Assembly (NCBI RefSeq): GCF_009834535.1
Contig: NC_045697.1
Coordinates: 67,830,001-67,894,000 of the forward strand
Length of the DNA stretch: 64,000 bases
Source of the DNA: Camelus ferus
Lineage: Eukaryota
Direction: 5' to 3'
The notes under the pieces were generated by a model. That model did no database searches. It had not been told where the DNA came from and saw nothing but the letters and a program-made list of their open reading frames with translations. The position numbers and the translations under genes are program-made. Numbering within the stretch: position 1 is the stretch's first letter; the number at the start of each line of letters is the position of its first letter. Below are positions 26,136 to 39,058 of the stretch, one piece after another.

Positions 26136-27110
26136 GAAGAAAATATTTGCAAGTGATATGGTTGATAAAGGCTTAATATCCAACATATATATATAGACAG
26201 CTCATACAACTTGGTATCAAAAAAACTCAAGTAACTTGATTCAAAAATGGGCAGAAGAACCAAATGGACATTTTTCAAAAAAAAGAAATGCAGATGGTCA
26301 ACAGACACATAAAAAGATGCTAAATATTGCTAATCATCAGGGAAATACAAATCAAATCCACAATGAGATATCATCTCACACCTGTCACAATGGCTATCAT
26401 CAAAAAAAAAAAAAAAAAAAAAAAAAGAACACAAATAACAAATGTTGGCAAGGATGTGGGAAAAAGGAAACCCTTGTACACTGCTGGTGAGAATGTAAAA
26501 TGGTGTAGACACTGTGGAAAGCAGTATGGAGGTTTCTCCAAAAACTAAAAATAGAACTACCATAAGACCCAGCAATTCCACTCCTGAGTATATAGTCAAA
26601 AGAAACAAAAACATTAATTCAAAAAGAACATGCACCTCAGTGTTCCTAGCAGCATTAATTTACACTTGCCAAGACATGGAAGCAACCTAAGTGTCCATCA
26701 ACAGATGAATAGATAAAAAACATGTAATATACATACACAAAGGAATACTACACAGCCAAAAAAACACATTTTGTCATTTGCAGCAACACGGATTGACTTG
26801 GGGGGCATTATGCTAAGTGAAATAAGTCAAGAGAAAGACAAATACTGTATGATATAATTTATATGTGGAATCAAAAATACAACAAACTAGTGAATATAAC
26901 AAAAAAGAAGCAGACTCACAGAGAGAACAAACTAGTGTTTACCAGGGGAGAAGTGGAGTAATATAAGGGTGGGGGACATGAGGTACAAATTATTTGGTGT
27001 AAGATAGGCTCAGAGACGTATTGTACAATGAGGGGAATATAGCCAATACTTTGTCATAACTGTAAATGAAAAGCAACCTTTCAAAATTATATAAAAATAA
27101 AAAGTAAATT
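26136..27110 (+). mobile_element. 5'-truncated L1 (cetartiodactyl/L1MA9-related)
   Basis: ORF2 C-terminal frames ([23 protein letters not shown]), internal A25 expansion at 26402-26426, 3'UTR and A-rich tail. Confidence 0.9.
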
Positions 27111-27119
27111 TTAAAAATT

Positions 27120-28410
27120 AACTTTAAATTGATCACAGACCTAAATGTACAATGTAAAATAATAAAACATCTGGAAGATAACACAAGAGAAAATCTGGAT
27201 GCTCTTGTGTATAGTGGTGACTTTACATACATCACCAAGAGCATTATCCATGAAAAAAAATAATAAGCTAGAGTTTATTAAAATTAAAAAATTCTTCTCT
27301 GCAAAAGACACTACCAAGAGATTAAGAGCATCTACAGATGGGGAGAAAATATTTGCAAAAAGACATATCTGATAAAGGTCTGTTATCCAACATACACAAA
27401 AAAACACTTAAAAGTCAATGATAAGAATGCAAATATCCCAATATAAAAATGAGCCAAAGACCTCAACAGACACCTCTTCAAATAAGGTGTGCAGATGGCA
27501 AGTAAGCATTGTGTCATCAGGGAAATGCAAGTTAAAACAACAATGAGATACCATTACACACCTTTTAGAATAGCCCAAAATGTAAAACACTGACAACACC
27601 AAGTACTGGTGAACATATGAAGCAACAGTACTCTCATTTGTTTCTGGTGGGAATGCAAAATGGTACAGCCACTTTGGAAGACAGTTTGGCAGTAAACATA
27701 TTCTTGCCATATGACCCAGCAGTTGTGCTCCTTAGGAGTTGCCCAAAGGAGTTGAAAAGTTATGTCCACCCAAAAACCTATACACGGATGTTTATAGCAG
27801 ATTTATTCATAATTGGCCAAAACTTGGAAACAATCAAGCTGTCCTTCAGTAGGTGAATGGATAAATAAACTGTGGTGCATACAGACAATGGAATATTACC
27901 TGGCGCTAGAAAGAATGAACTATCAAGCCATGAAAAGATGGAAGAACTTTAAATGCATATCACCAAGTGAAAGAAGTCAATCTGAAAAGGCTATATACTA
28001 TATGATTCCAGCTGTATGACCTTCTGGTTGAGGCAAAACTATAGAGAGAACAAAAGATCAGATCAGTGCTTTCCAGGGGCTTGGCTTTGGAAGGAGAGAT
28101 GAATACAGAGCACAGAGGACATTTAGGGCAATTAAAACATTCTACAATACCATAATGATGATACATTTGTCCAAATCCATATAAAATGTGCAACAAGAAG
28201 AATGAACTGTAATGTAAACTAGGGACTTTGATGATTACGATGTGTCAAAATAGGTTCATCCTTGGTAAAAAAAAATGTATCTTTCTGTTCCGTGATGTTG
28301 ATAATGAGGGAGGCTATTCACCTGTGGGGTAAGGGGGTAAATGAGAAATCTCTGTATCTTCTCCCCAGTTTTGCTTTGAATTTGAAACTGCTCTAAAAAT
28401 TAAAAAAAAA
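27120..28410 (+). mobile_element. L1MC-type LINE 3' portion
   Basis: ORF2 end (AKTWKQSSCPSVGEWINKLWCIQTMEYY) and L1MC-like 3'UTR ending gaaatctctgtatcttc...aactgctctaaaaattaaaaaaa. Confidence 0.85.
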
Positions 28411-28439
28411 ATCTGAATAAGAAATAAAATAAAAAGGAG

Positions 28440-28660
28440 GGAAAATGAACAAGACATTAACTTTCTCTAAGGAGTTCACAGTTCAAAGGAGCAAAGAGAT
28501 AAGTGACTGAGAACTGTCAGTAATACTTAGTGAGCTAGACCATAGCAGAGTCAAGCACTGGGTGCTACTGAACAGAGGAGGAACCGTAATCCCCTCCAAC
28601 TCAACAGATTGGGTCAAGAAACAATTTCCTGGAGATGGTGATGTAGCTGAGTCTTGTAAC
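28440..28660 (-). mobile_element. L2 fragment
   Basis: atgaacaagaca...ctaaggagttcacagttc...tttcctggagatggtgatgtagctgagtcttg. Confidence 0.6.
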
Positions 28661-30261
28661 CACCATTTCACTAATATCGGTAAGTTCTGCTACCTCTTTT
28701 AGGACGTTTACTTACATGAAAATTCATCATAATTTAAGTCCCATGATTTCTAATTGTATTTTATCCCAACTCCCTCAGGGTCATGCTTTGATAGAAAAGG
28801 AAAGTTAATCAGTCAAAATTAGAAGGTCTGCATGTATTCGTTCAGCCATTTTTTCCTGTAAATTTTTGTAACAAGAGGAAACAGAAATCGTACCAAAAGC
28901 ACAGAAATTATTACCATGCTTGCTTTTATTTAGTTATCCAGTATATATGTGAATGGCATCAATTATGGCCTATTTCATATTGGTATCTTTACATTTTTGT
29001 ACATACAGTAAAATTTTGGTGAGATGTGATCATAAGAAGTCAATCCATCAATCATTTCCGGCTAACTCATATCTACTACTTTCAATTCTTTCCTAAAGCC
29101 AACATCCTTTGAGCAAAACTATGTTTGAGAAGCATTAGATCACAATTTTTCACAGTTGGTTTTTAGGATTAAACAAGCAAAAAACCCAAAAAGCTTGATT
29201 TTTATGGAAGCCAATAAAATCTTCAAAAATATCTGGCTAAAGAATTTTGATTCAATTTAGCCTGAAGGGAACATTTAGGAATAGCTTCTTTTAAATGCAT
29301 ACAAAGGTCATTTATTCCATTACTTGAAAATTATAGTGTTGTTGTATTGTGTAGTTGTGGCCTAGAGGGAAACTAGTGAATAATTTATTGAAACATGTAC
29401 AATTTTATCTCTAAAATTTTTGTTATAATCATTCATCATTTTGTTAATATGAAAATGTGTATAAAACAAATACTATCATAAAATTACAACCACTTTGAAT
29501 TTTAATCTATAGTTCCATCTATATAATTATAAGATTAGTCATAAGTCCTTGATAACAGTATTATATTTGTATAATGCTTAATTTTTCAGTTTGTTTTAAT
29601 ACTTAATATTTAATTTTTCAGCTTGAGTAGGATGATACCTACTCAAAGGTAAAAATATAGGGTAGCTTGGAACAATATATTACAAATATAAATTATCTGC
29701 CATTTAAACATTTTGGTGTAGCTTGCAATATTTTGAAATACGGACATTTCAAATGTATGCAATGTCTAGTGATTGCTTCATACAATTTCCTCAGCTTAAA
29801 CTAAACTATAAGTTGTACACCAATGACTTTTTGGCATAGTGTTTTATTTAACTTTCTTTTCTTATATTATATGCCTTTTGTTCTGTTGTAATTGCTTATT
29901 GCTTCCATTATAGTAATTACCATTCTTCATTTTCTCTCACAGAAAATTTCCTGCACTTCCTATCACTTAAAATACAATTTTATAAATGACAATAACCAAA
30001 GAAGAAAGGAGAAGTATAGAGATTTTAGTTCTGGTCATAAAACTACCACCTGTTGTTTTTCTGCTCAATTGATTGTGTTTATTATAATAAATTCAGGATC
30101 ACTCCTATAGAGATGGTCATAAGAGGAATGCAATCCCTGGTAAGTGGGGCATGTTACAGGAAGCACTTAAGTGAAATCAGCACTTGCTGAGCTCACGTTG
30201 TTTTGCGTGCTGGATACAAATATAAGAGCCATCATCTCCCAATCTAGGTGAGGTTTCTTTA

Positions 30262-30421
30262 TGACTATTTCTCAAATTTTGGTCCCCAGGCATGTAGCAC
30301 CAGCTTCACCTGGGAAGTAGTTAAATGTGCAAAATCAGACTCTAGAGTTAGGGTCTGGTAATCTGTGTTTTAACAAGCCCTCCAGAGGATCATGGTGTGT
30401 GCTAAAGCTGGAGAACCACTG
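30262..30421. mobile_element. MER5A (hAT-Charlie non-autonomous DNA transposon)
   Basis: cagcttcacctgggaag...aatctgtgttttaacaagccctccagaggat...ctaaagctggagaaccactg. Confidence 0.85.
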
Positions 30422-30439
30422 CTTTACCAGATGCTCTTT

Positions 30440-30625
30440 TAGATCACTTTCCTTTCTCACAAAGCACTTATCTGAATCAGTGAAATTATAAATGTTTGTT
30501 AATATACAGGGTTGCTTCATGACCTTTCCCCAACTAGACTGCAAGCTTCCACTGAACAGGGATCTTCTCCGTGCTTGGTCATCATGACTCGCAGAGCCCT
30601 GCCGTGGATGTGTCACTTAGCCTTC
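30440..30625 (+). mobile_element. L2 3' end fragment
   Basis: ttccccaactagactgcaagcttccactgaacaggga...ttggtcatcatgactcgcagagcc. Confidence 0.6.
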
Positions 30626-31504
30626 TGAGACATTTTGGTGAATGACATTGTGCTATTATTGAACTTGACTCTAAAAGGTAGATACTACATAAATACACAA
30701 ACAACTTGCACAAGGAAGAATGTATTAAACACTAAAATCAAATGTGAGGGAAAAACAGATTTGGACTTTCAGTTTATGTACCTTAGACATGTCTTAGCTT
30801 TACTTAGCAAGATGCAACATTGAGCTCAATGACATTTTCATAAATGTTCACTATAATTAGGTCAGTGTTTATATTTATATAGTACTGTTTCACTGTATAT
30901 GTATACATGTATTATATGCTGTATTTATTTATTTTAACATATAAAAGTGTTTACATTTATATAATATAGTTTAAAAATGCTTTCACATCCATTGTCTCTT
31001 TAATCAAATAGTAGGGACAGTATTTTAAAAATACGAGTAGTTACTCACGTAAAACAAAAAAGAAGTTGCGAACAAAAGAAGTCTATTGTGAAGCATTAGG
31101 TCACATTTTTTCAGTCACTTTTTTAGGATTAAAAATGTCAAAATAATATGATGTTTTAAAAATGTGCACCTTGCATGAGATATATCCATAATGCTAACTC
31201 ATGTGCCTCATTCTTTAACAGAGCTTTAAAAAGATTCATGCATCTTCCTCTACAAATACCTTCTCCCTTGGCTCCTGGTCTGTTCGTTTTTCTGATCCTT
31301 GATGACAGTATGCATAGAAGGCCCAAGGCAATTTCATGTATGCATAAAAATGAGATGAATTATCTTAATTCTGTATGTACGGATTTTCTAGGTAATGCTT
31401 AGAAATAATGTGCATAAGTTACTGTTCATTGTTACATTTAAAGCACTGACAGAGAAAAAGAATTGTCAACACAGATGTAAGTGCAATTATCTATGACATG
31501 CAGC

Positions 31505-32080
31505 ATTAGGCCTCCCTTGACATTTGCAAGATCAAGAGCAGAAATGGAGGCTTAAATTTCATATACCTAAATATGTAAATGTTGCATTAAACTCAAAACA
31601 ACAAGGAGTTAAATATGCTCTAATCTCCTACTTTGAAAAAAAATCACTCCTCAAAATTACCTGGAAGGACAGAGTTTAGTGCCTAAATGTGGCTGTGCAG
31701 CGTACTTCTCCTCCAGCCCTCGCTCAGTCCTATACTGTTGGGACAAGCACCCTAGCCTGGACTAACAAATCTGTCCCAAGTCTCCACAAACCACCTTCCC
31801 TTGGCGGACACTTGAGCCTAGAGGTACCCACAACAGTGGTGTAATCCACCCTAAATAAGATCCAGGCAGGCTGTGGACATACACTAGGAACCATTCGGAT
31901 ACAGAATTCCAGTGCACAGGAACCAGTACCATGGTCTGAAAGGTGATGTGTGGGGCACTGAGTGCATGTATCCCAGTGGCCCCAGGGATGCCTCAGTTCA
32001 CATGGGTAGATGCAGCTGGAAGGAGACCACACTGTGGATCCTCAAGCATATGGCAATGCAGGTAGGTTTTCTGTTTGGTT
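31505..32080. mobile_element. Probable ancient hAT-Tip100-type non-autonomous DNA transposon
   Basis: aaatggaggc...catatacctaaatatgtaaatgtt...gttaaatatgctctaatctcctactttg...acctggaagg resembles the remembered MamTip-type consensus. Right boundary uncertain. Confidence 0.45.
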
Positions 32081-32453
32081 GGAACTGTGCAGCACACAAA
32101 TACAGGAACCGTTTGAAGGTAACACATTCTACTGGTCTTTGCCCAATTCAGTGAATTTCCTCATGATTTCACTTCTTTCGTAACAAATAGCTTTGAAATT
32201 TTCCCCCAAGTATTTCCGAGGTGGATTGAGAGCTGCCCTCTAATCACTTTTCATATCATTTTTGTTCATTTTCTTTCTTATTATAATGGCATTATTGTAA
32301 GAAAGAAGTCATGTTGCCAGGGTAACCGGAGTGGAGAATGGGCATCTCTGTCTTTACAGAAAACTTAACTCTTCTTAAGTAAATTTCCATTTAATATTAG
32401 ACTCACTCAATTTTATGTGAATAGTTTACAGTTTCTGCCTGTTTCTCTTTGAT

Positions 32454-32488
32454 CTCTCTCTCTCGCTCGCTCTCGCTCTGTCTCTCTC
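32454..32488. repeat. (TC)n/(TCGC)n simple repeat
   Basis: tctctctctctcgctcgctctcgctctgtctctct. Confidence 0.85.
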
Positions 32489-34162
32489 TTCAAATATGGT
32501 TGTCCTGTTGATTTTCTCTTGAGCTCATTCTTTTTGTATCCACTATTTAATATAGGTACTTTCTCCTTTATTCAATAATTTCTTCATTACTGCACATTCA
32601 ACACTGCCAAATGATAGCACTTGCAACTCATTTAACCTTACTAAGTCAGAGAACCTTGCTCTACCGGTAACTTTTCAAGCTGGCTTTACATTAGAGCATC
32701 TGCAGCAGCCTGTGCGTAGATGATTTCTCTGCCATTCTTACTACCCTACAGGACAGGACTGGGCTATCCAGAGTGGGCAGTGAGAGTAGAGCAGAAAGCT
32801 AACATAAACCTCCTTTCACAGCTGTTTTCCATTTTTCACTTAACATTTCTGTGCCTTATTCTATATTTAAACTTCTATTTCAAAATAATTCTTTGAAAGC
32901 AAGATCTAATTTTGCCACCATAAACCAATCACTAAGTTGGAAATGGAATCACACAGAATTTATTAACTTGTCAAATAAGCAGGCCAAAGATGAAGCTGTT
33001 TGCACATATTTAGTGGTCTTTCATATTAGAAGTTTTGATAGTCATATATTGTATAATATTTTTGTTGATGCTTTGAATCACACTAGTTTACTGTGAATTA
33101 AAAAAAAACCACTTTCAGGCATTTTCTTAAGCTTTTTTTCCTTTGGGATTTAAACTTAACTAAGAAATAAATTCTCATGCTCTCTCTGTCAGGCTGTGCT
33201 CTCTAAAAGTCCTGGTAATATTATATTAGCACACTCATCATGAACCTGCAGTGGTTAAATTGGAAACAGGTGTTTTATTCAAAGCAGCCTCATAGCCTAG
33301 TGCTTTCCAAAAAGGATCATGGTTATTTCCATCTCCTTCTAAGAGTAAACAATCTCAAATCTTTTGACTAGTAATTTTTCTTTGACGCTGGAACTTTGCC
33401 TTTTTGTCACTGAATGTAAAGAAAATAGATTTTGAATTTAGAAACTGAATTGCGTAAGGAGACATTTGCAAATAGATAATGATGTTAGTGCAAAGCAGAA
33501 AACACAAAAGTTAAGAAAATTACTGGAAAAGAGGAAGAAGCTGAACAGGCATATAGGGAAGTAAACAAACACCTGGGAAGTAAAGAAAGCAAGTTTACTG
33601 GTGCAACGAATAGTGAACAAGCACAACCAGTGGGAGGCAGTCAAAACCGTGTTTAATACCTTACCACTCTGTCCTCTGAACTTTGCTCAATGGAGCAAAT
33701 TTTCACCTGTCACTTGGTAAAAATTTAGGCACCCATGGCTTTACTGCTAACTCTTAGCTAATTCAACTTGCTGTCACCTGATGTCACAAAGCAGTCTTAT
33801 TTCAGTACAACGAACACCCAGTCCTATATTTTAACAGCTGAAGTTTCCAACTTTAGACAAAATGACAGTTCCTCCTCTTTTATCCAGTAGACTGTGCTAG
33901 ATGAAAAGCCTGCATGCTTGCAGTCATGGGCAAGTACCAATCAAACCGCCTGCTTTCTGGGCTTGGCTGAGGTAGAAGGCACACTCTTTCTTGGAGGCAG
34001 AGCACTTTTGGGTTTTTTTTTTTTAGTGATTTTCCTTAACCCCTTTCCCTGTCGTTGAGGGGCTCTCAATTTTGAGAGATGTGCCCTCTTTCTTTTACTA
34101 CTTGCACTGGTCTGAGTTTGATCAGAGGAGGGACACTGCTAAGAGAGATACAGAGTAAGTGA

Positions 34163-34738
34163 TGTATTGCAGGGAGCATTCAATTGTAGGAACTGGAAAA
34201 ACAATCTCTTGTCTTGGATCTGGTGATGATCTTAGAGTTACTATAACTCAGCCAGACTGGCCATCAAAAAGGAGAGCTGGACATGGATGAGAACAAAGAC
34301 AAACTGGACCTTGCAAGGATGAGCAGGGACCCTCATGACAAACTATAAACCAGGGCAGGCTCATTACCTACAACTTTGTTGCCATTGGTAACTTGCAAGG
34401 TAAAAAGGCACTCTGGGGCCTGGAATTACACACACACATTTGACCAAGGACTTGAAGTAGCTGAAGGAGAAGATCCAGAAGGGTCTGGAGGAGTTAAGGG
34501 TTTGTAAATAGCTTTTTGCTAACTAGCTTTTTGCAGCAACTATGGATGCAAAACCTGCCTAGCCCTGCATCGACCTTCACAGCTTCAGGGTCAAGCCTTC
34601 CTTCTACCTTTATGTCTGCCTTCTAAATACCTTGTACATTTCTCCCATGGCCTGTGTGGCCTGAAACCATATAGGTAAGGAATTTCTAGGAAATGTAGAT
34701 CTAGGTTAACCAAGGTGAGACAGTGTAGGGCCACCACA
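34163..34738 (-). mobile_element. ERVL-type solo LTR (LTR41/LTR33-like)
   Basis: Ends ggaatttctaggaaatgtag...ttaaccaaggtgagacagtg...ccaccaca, the antisense of the LTR41/33 5' end. Left boundary approximate. Confidence 0.65.
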
Positions 34739-36149
34739 AACCTGGAGAAATTTTCATTCTCCAATGCGGGTAAGAGTTTTAGGAATCATGCAACTATTCT
34801 GTAATATTTTCCATTGTAAATTCACATCTTGTTCTAGCACTGAAGTTTGACCAAGCTAGTCTTTTATATCTTGGCACTTCAGAGAGATCATTCAATTTAA
34901 CTTTGTGTCTTTAGGGAAAAAAATGATTTATATCTAAAGATGTATATTTCATTACACATTTATATTTCCTTACACATTTACCTTATAACTAAAATTCCTA
35001 CTTGTTTATGTTTAGAAGCAGTACTGCATAATGGCTTATAGACAACCTTCCTTTTCCTGTAAGAAGATTGAGGCTACTATCCATGATTTATGTTTCAAAC
35101 TTACAAGAAGGTTGTTGATGTTAATATTTAAATATTACCTATCTTAGGGCTCAAAACCATTGCATGTACCCTACTTACTGCTTTATTTGTATTTTTAGAG
35201 CAAATTTTATAGCAGCTCTGAATTCTGCATCCTCCCTTACTGGTAGCACCATCCTGCAAATGTTCAATAAAACTAATAGCAAATACAACTCTGGCTTAAG
35301 AATCATAAAAATAGCCTGCTGTCTCTTCAATATTGATGATCTGATAATTAAAATGAGACCTGCAACTAAGCACAATCATTTTTGGCCCAGTGGAAAGAGC
35401 TGTACTTTTGAACTCTTCAAGCCATATCTTTCTGTACATAGAATTGATAGTTAATACTGGGCTTTGAGGAGATTCACAATCAGGGGAGACTCAGACAAAC
35501 AGGGTAGAACATATGAGGCAGTGCAGTGAGGATGGAACTGAATAGGGAGCATTCGAAAGCCACAGATGCTGAAAAAAGATATCGGACGGCACTTCCTCAT
35601 TTACTTTCATCTATTGTGCCAGAATGTAAAATCATAATACAAGAGAACATTTGGAAACTATAGAAAAGAAAAATAAACATGAACTCATTTACGCCCATTT
35701 ACTGAAACTCAAAGGCAAAGTCTCAAGACTTAAATAGTAATTTAGCAATTCTTTTTTTGACAGGACAAATAAAATCATGGAGTGAGTAGATAAGAAAAGC
35801 CAGGTACTTTTTTTCCTTCGAGAGTATTTGAGAATTATTTATCAAACTTTCATTTTAATATACAATTTTGGAATCTCCTTAGGAAATTTAAAAAATAATT
35901 CAGTTATTTTTCATAGCATGTAATATAATTATATAATTAATTATGAGAATACTGAAGATTGTTATGCCAAATTCATTTTAATGCAATGTATAATACATAT
36001 ATTTGTTATAAATGGATAAGTTGTAAACAAAGTATTTAATTACTTTAAATTAATTACACAAGAAAACAGTATCAAAGGTGAACACTGAAATTATATCCCA
36101 GGATCAATTTGGAGCATTGAGTTAATACTAAAGGTATAGATTGTGTATT

Positions 36150-36385
36150 GACTTAGGAAGAGACAGATGCCTGTGTTTGAATCCCAGTCGGCATGTATCT
36201 TTACTAAAGGCTTCCTACAGTTGGGCAAGTGCTTAATCTTTTCACTTGAATTTCCTCAGCTGGATCATGGGAGTTAAAGTATCAAGTATATCATATAATA
36301 TTTTAAGAATTAAACAGGTTAATGCAGGCCAAGAGCTTATAACAGTGCCTGGAACACGTACAAATTCAGTAAATATTGTCAATAC
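36150..36385 (+). mobile_element. MIR
   Basis: gcctgtgtttgaatcccag...ttgggcaagtgcttaatc...tttcctcagctg...aacagtgcctggaacacgta...cagtaaatattg. Confidence 0.85.
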
Positions 36386-36429
36386 TGTGTTGTACACACA
36401 CATTAATCACACATATATATCTAATGTGG

Positions 36430-37550
36430 GTGTAATCTTAAAATGTTCAAAAATATATAGAAGAATATCATTATGACTTTGAGGCAGGAAAAGATTTCTA
36501 GCACATAAGAAAATAATATTTATAAAGGAAAGTAAAAGACATGTTTCATTACATGATGATTTAAAAGTTCTATATAAATAAAGTGACCATATATAAAATT
36601 AAATAGGCCACAGATTAGGAAGATGTAGCACATATGTTTATATATAATATGTGACTGAAAAAATTAATATTTGAAAACTGTTCAAGCCAATCAACTTAAG
36701 ACAAAGTTCGACAGAAAAATACATCAAAGAATCATAATAACAACTCATAGAATGGAAAACTTGAGTAACAATAAAATATGAAAAGAAGGTCCATCTGATT
36801 ATAGCAGAGCAAAATCAGGCAAATGAAAATTAAAATGAGATAATATAATAATTCATACACATCAGATTGAAAAAATTAAAAGACAGAATCGAGGTGATTT
36901 CATACCCAAGTGAGGGTATGGAAATAAGATAACTCTCATATACTACTGGTGAAATATAAATTGATGACACTGTGAAATGTATAATATTACATAGCAATTC
37001 TGCCACTCACTGGGTTTATTCTAAAGTACTCTGAGGCATGTACTCATGGAGGGAAATATGAGTATTGATTACCATTCTGTTTGTAATTAGGAATACTTGG
37101 AAACACTTTATATATCCATTAATAAGACAAGGGATAAATAAATTGAAGGCTATTCAGTCAAGGTCTTTATTATACTGGAGTTAAAATGAATGAGTTACAG
37201 ATATATGCCAAAATGGTTTGTTATATAAAATAATAAACCAACCAATAATGTTGTACATTATTTATGAATGTACAAGTATGTAGTAAAACCAAATACATGA
37301 GAATAATGATACAAATTATGAAAACTCTTATCTCTAAGATGGAAGGTAAAACACTTATTTAAAAAGTGTTCCATTGGTGGCCTTAGTGGCCTTACCTTAG
37401 TTTTACTAGTTTTCACTTGGTTAAAAATATGTGACAAAAATTATATATATATGTATGATATAGCTTGAAAATTATTATTACTATACAGGTATTCTTTATG
37501 TTAAGTTTTCCTTGGTTCTTGTTTAAAATATTTTGTAACAAAAATCAACT
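36430..37550 (+). mobile_element. Decayed L1ME-type LINE
   Basis: gcaaatgaaaattaaaatgagata...cacatcagattg; aactctcatatactactggtgaaatataaattg; ttggaaacac...gataaataaattg. Confidence 0.7.
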
Positions 37551-37689
37551 TAAAATACAATAAAATATACATTTATCTACCTGTGTTGCAACATTAGAGT
37601 GGGAAAAGTGTCTTAAAATTGGATTATTAGATGTTGCTTATTTTTTAAAAATATCCATCAGATTATTGTGTATAAGTTTCATTTTTACT

Positions 37690-39058
37690 GTTTTTTTCTC
37701 TTATCAACAAATAAAACCGTAAGATAGGTAAAGTGTACATCATGGTGATTTGTCATATGCGTACATCATATAAGGTAGCCCCCCCATCTAGTTAACTAAC
37801 ACATTCATCATCTCATATATCTACTATTATTTCATTTATTATTATTATTTTTTGGTGAAAATATTTAAGTTCTGCTCTCTTAGCAAATTTCAATTATATA
37901 ATACAGTGCTACCAACTATAGTCACCACATTATTCATTAGACCTTCAGACCTCATTCATTTTATAGCTGAGAATTTGTATTCTTTTACTGACCTCTCCCT
38001 ATTTCCCCTACTCTCAGCCCCTGGCAACCACTTTTCTACTCTGTTTCTATGGGTTTGAAATTTTTTTTTTTTTTGGATTGAGCATATAAGTGATGCCATG
38101 CAGTACTCATCTTTCTCTGTCTGATTTATTTCACTAAGCATAATGTTCTGTAATTCCATTCGTGTTTTCGCAAATGGCAGGATTTCCTTCTTTCTCATGG
38201 CTGAATAATATTTCACCACTGCTTCTTTATCCACTCATCTGTCAATGAACACTTTGGTTATTTCATATTTTGGCTAATGTGAATAATGGTACAATGAATA
38301 TGGGAATGCAGGTAACTCTTAGATGTTCTGTTTTCATTTCCTTTGGATACATACTCAAAAGTGGAATTGCTGGATCACTATGATAGACCTACTTTTAATT
38401 TTTTGAGAACCCTCTAAACTGTTTCTCATAGTGGCTGTGCCAATTTACTTTCCCATCAACAGTTGCTTGAGACTTCCTTTTCCTCCATATTCTTGTTTAA
38501 CATGTTATTTCTTGTCTTTTTGATGGTAGCCATTCTGACTGGTCTGAGGTGATAACTTGTTATTCTGATTTTCATTTCTCTGATAATTAGTGATACTCAG
38601 CACCTTTTCATGTACCTGTTCACCAGTTGTACGTCTTCTTTGGAAAAAACTCTATTCAGTTCCTCTATTTTTTTAGTTGGATTATTCGCTCTATTTCTAT
38701 TGAGTTGTATGAGTTCCTTATATATTTTGCATATCAATACCTTTTCAGCTACATGATTTGCAAGTATTTTCTCCTATTCCACAGGTAGGTTGTATTTTCC
38801 TTTTGTTGATGTTTTCCTTTGCTGTGCAGAAGTCTTTTTAGCTTAATGCAGTCCCACTTGTTTATTTTTTGCCCTTATTTTCTTTGCTTTTGGTGTCAAG
38901 TTAGAAACAAAAGTCTCTACTAATATTGATGTCAAGGAGCTTACTATCTATTTTTCCTTCTGGGAGTTTTATAATTTCAGGTCTTTTGTTCAAGCCTTTT
39001 ATCCATTTTGAACTGATTTTTGTTGTGGTTTAAGATAGGGGTCCAGTTTCATTATTTT
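37690..39058 (-). mobile_element. L1MA9-like LINE, 5'-truncated
   Basis: 3'UTR ctctcttagcaaatttcaattatataatacagtg...cagcccctggcaaccac. ORF 37956-38234 gives YYSAMRKKEILPFAKTRMELQNIMLSEINQTEKDEY. Confidence 0.9.

Noticed and set aside
26122..27140. tgatcacacac / tgatcacagac as the TSD of the 26136-27110 L1
   Set aside because: Each copy is explained by the consensus of the older L1 piece it sits in, and it lacks the A-rich start expected of a plus-strand L1 TSD.
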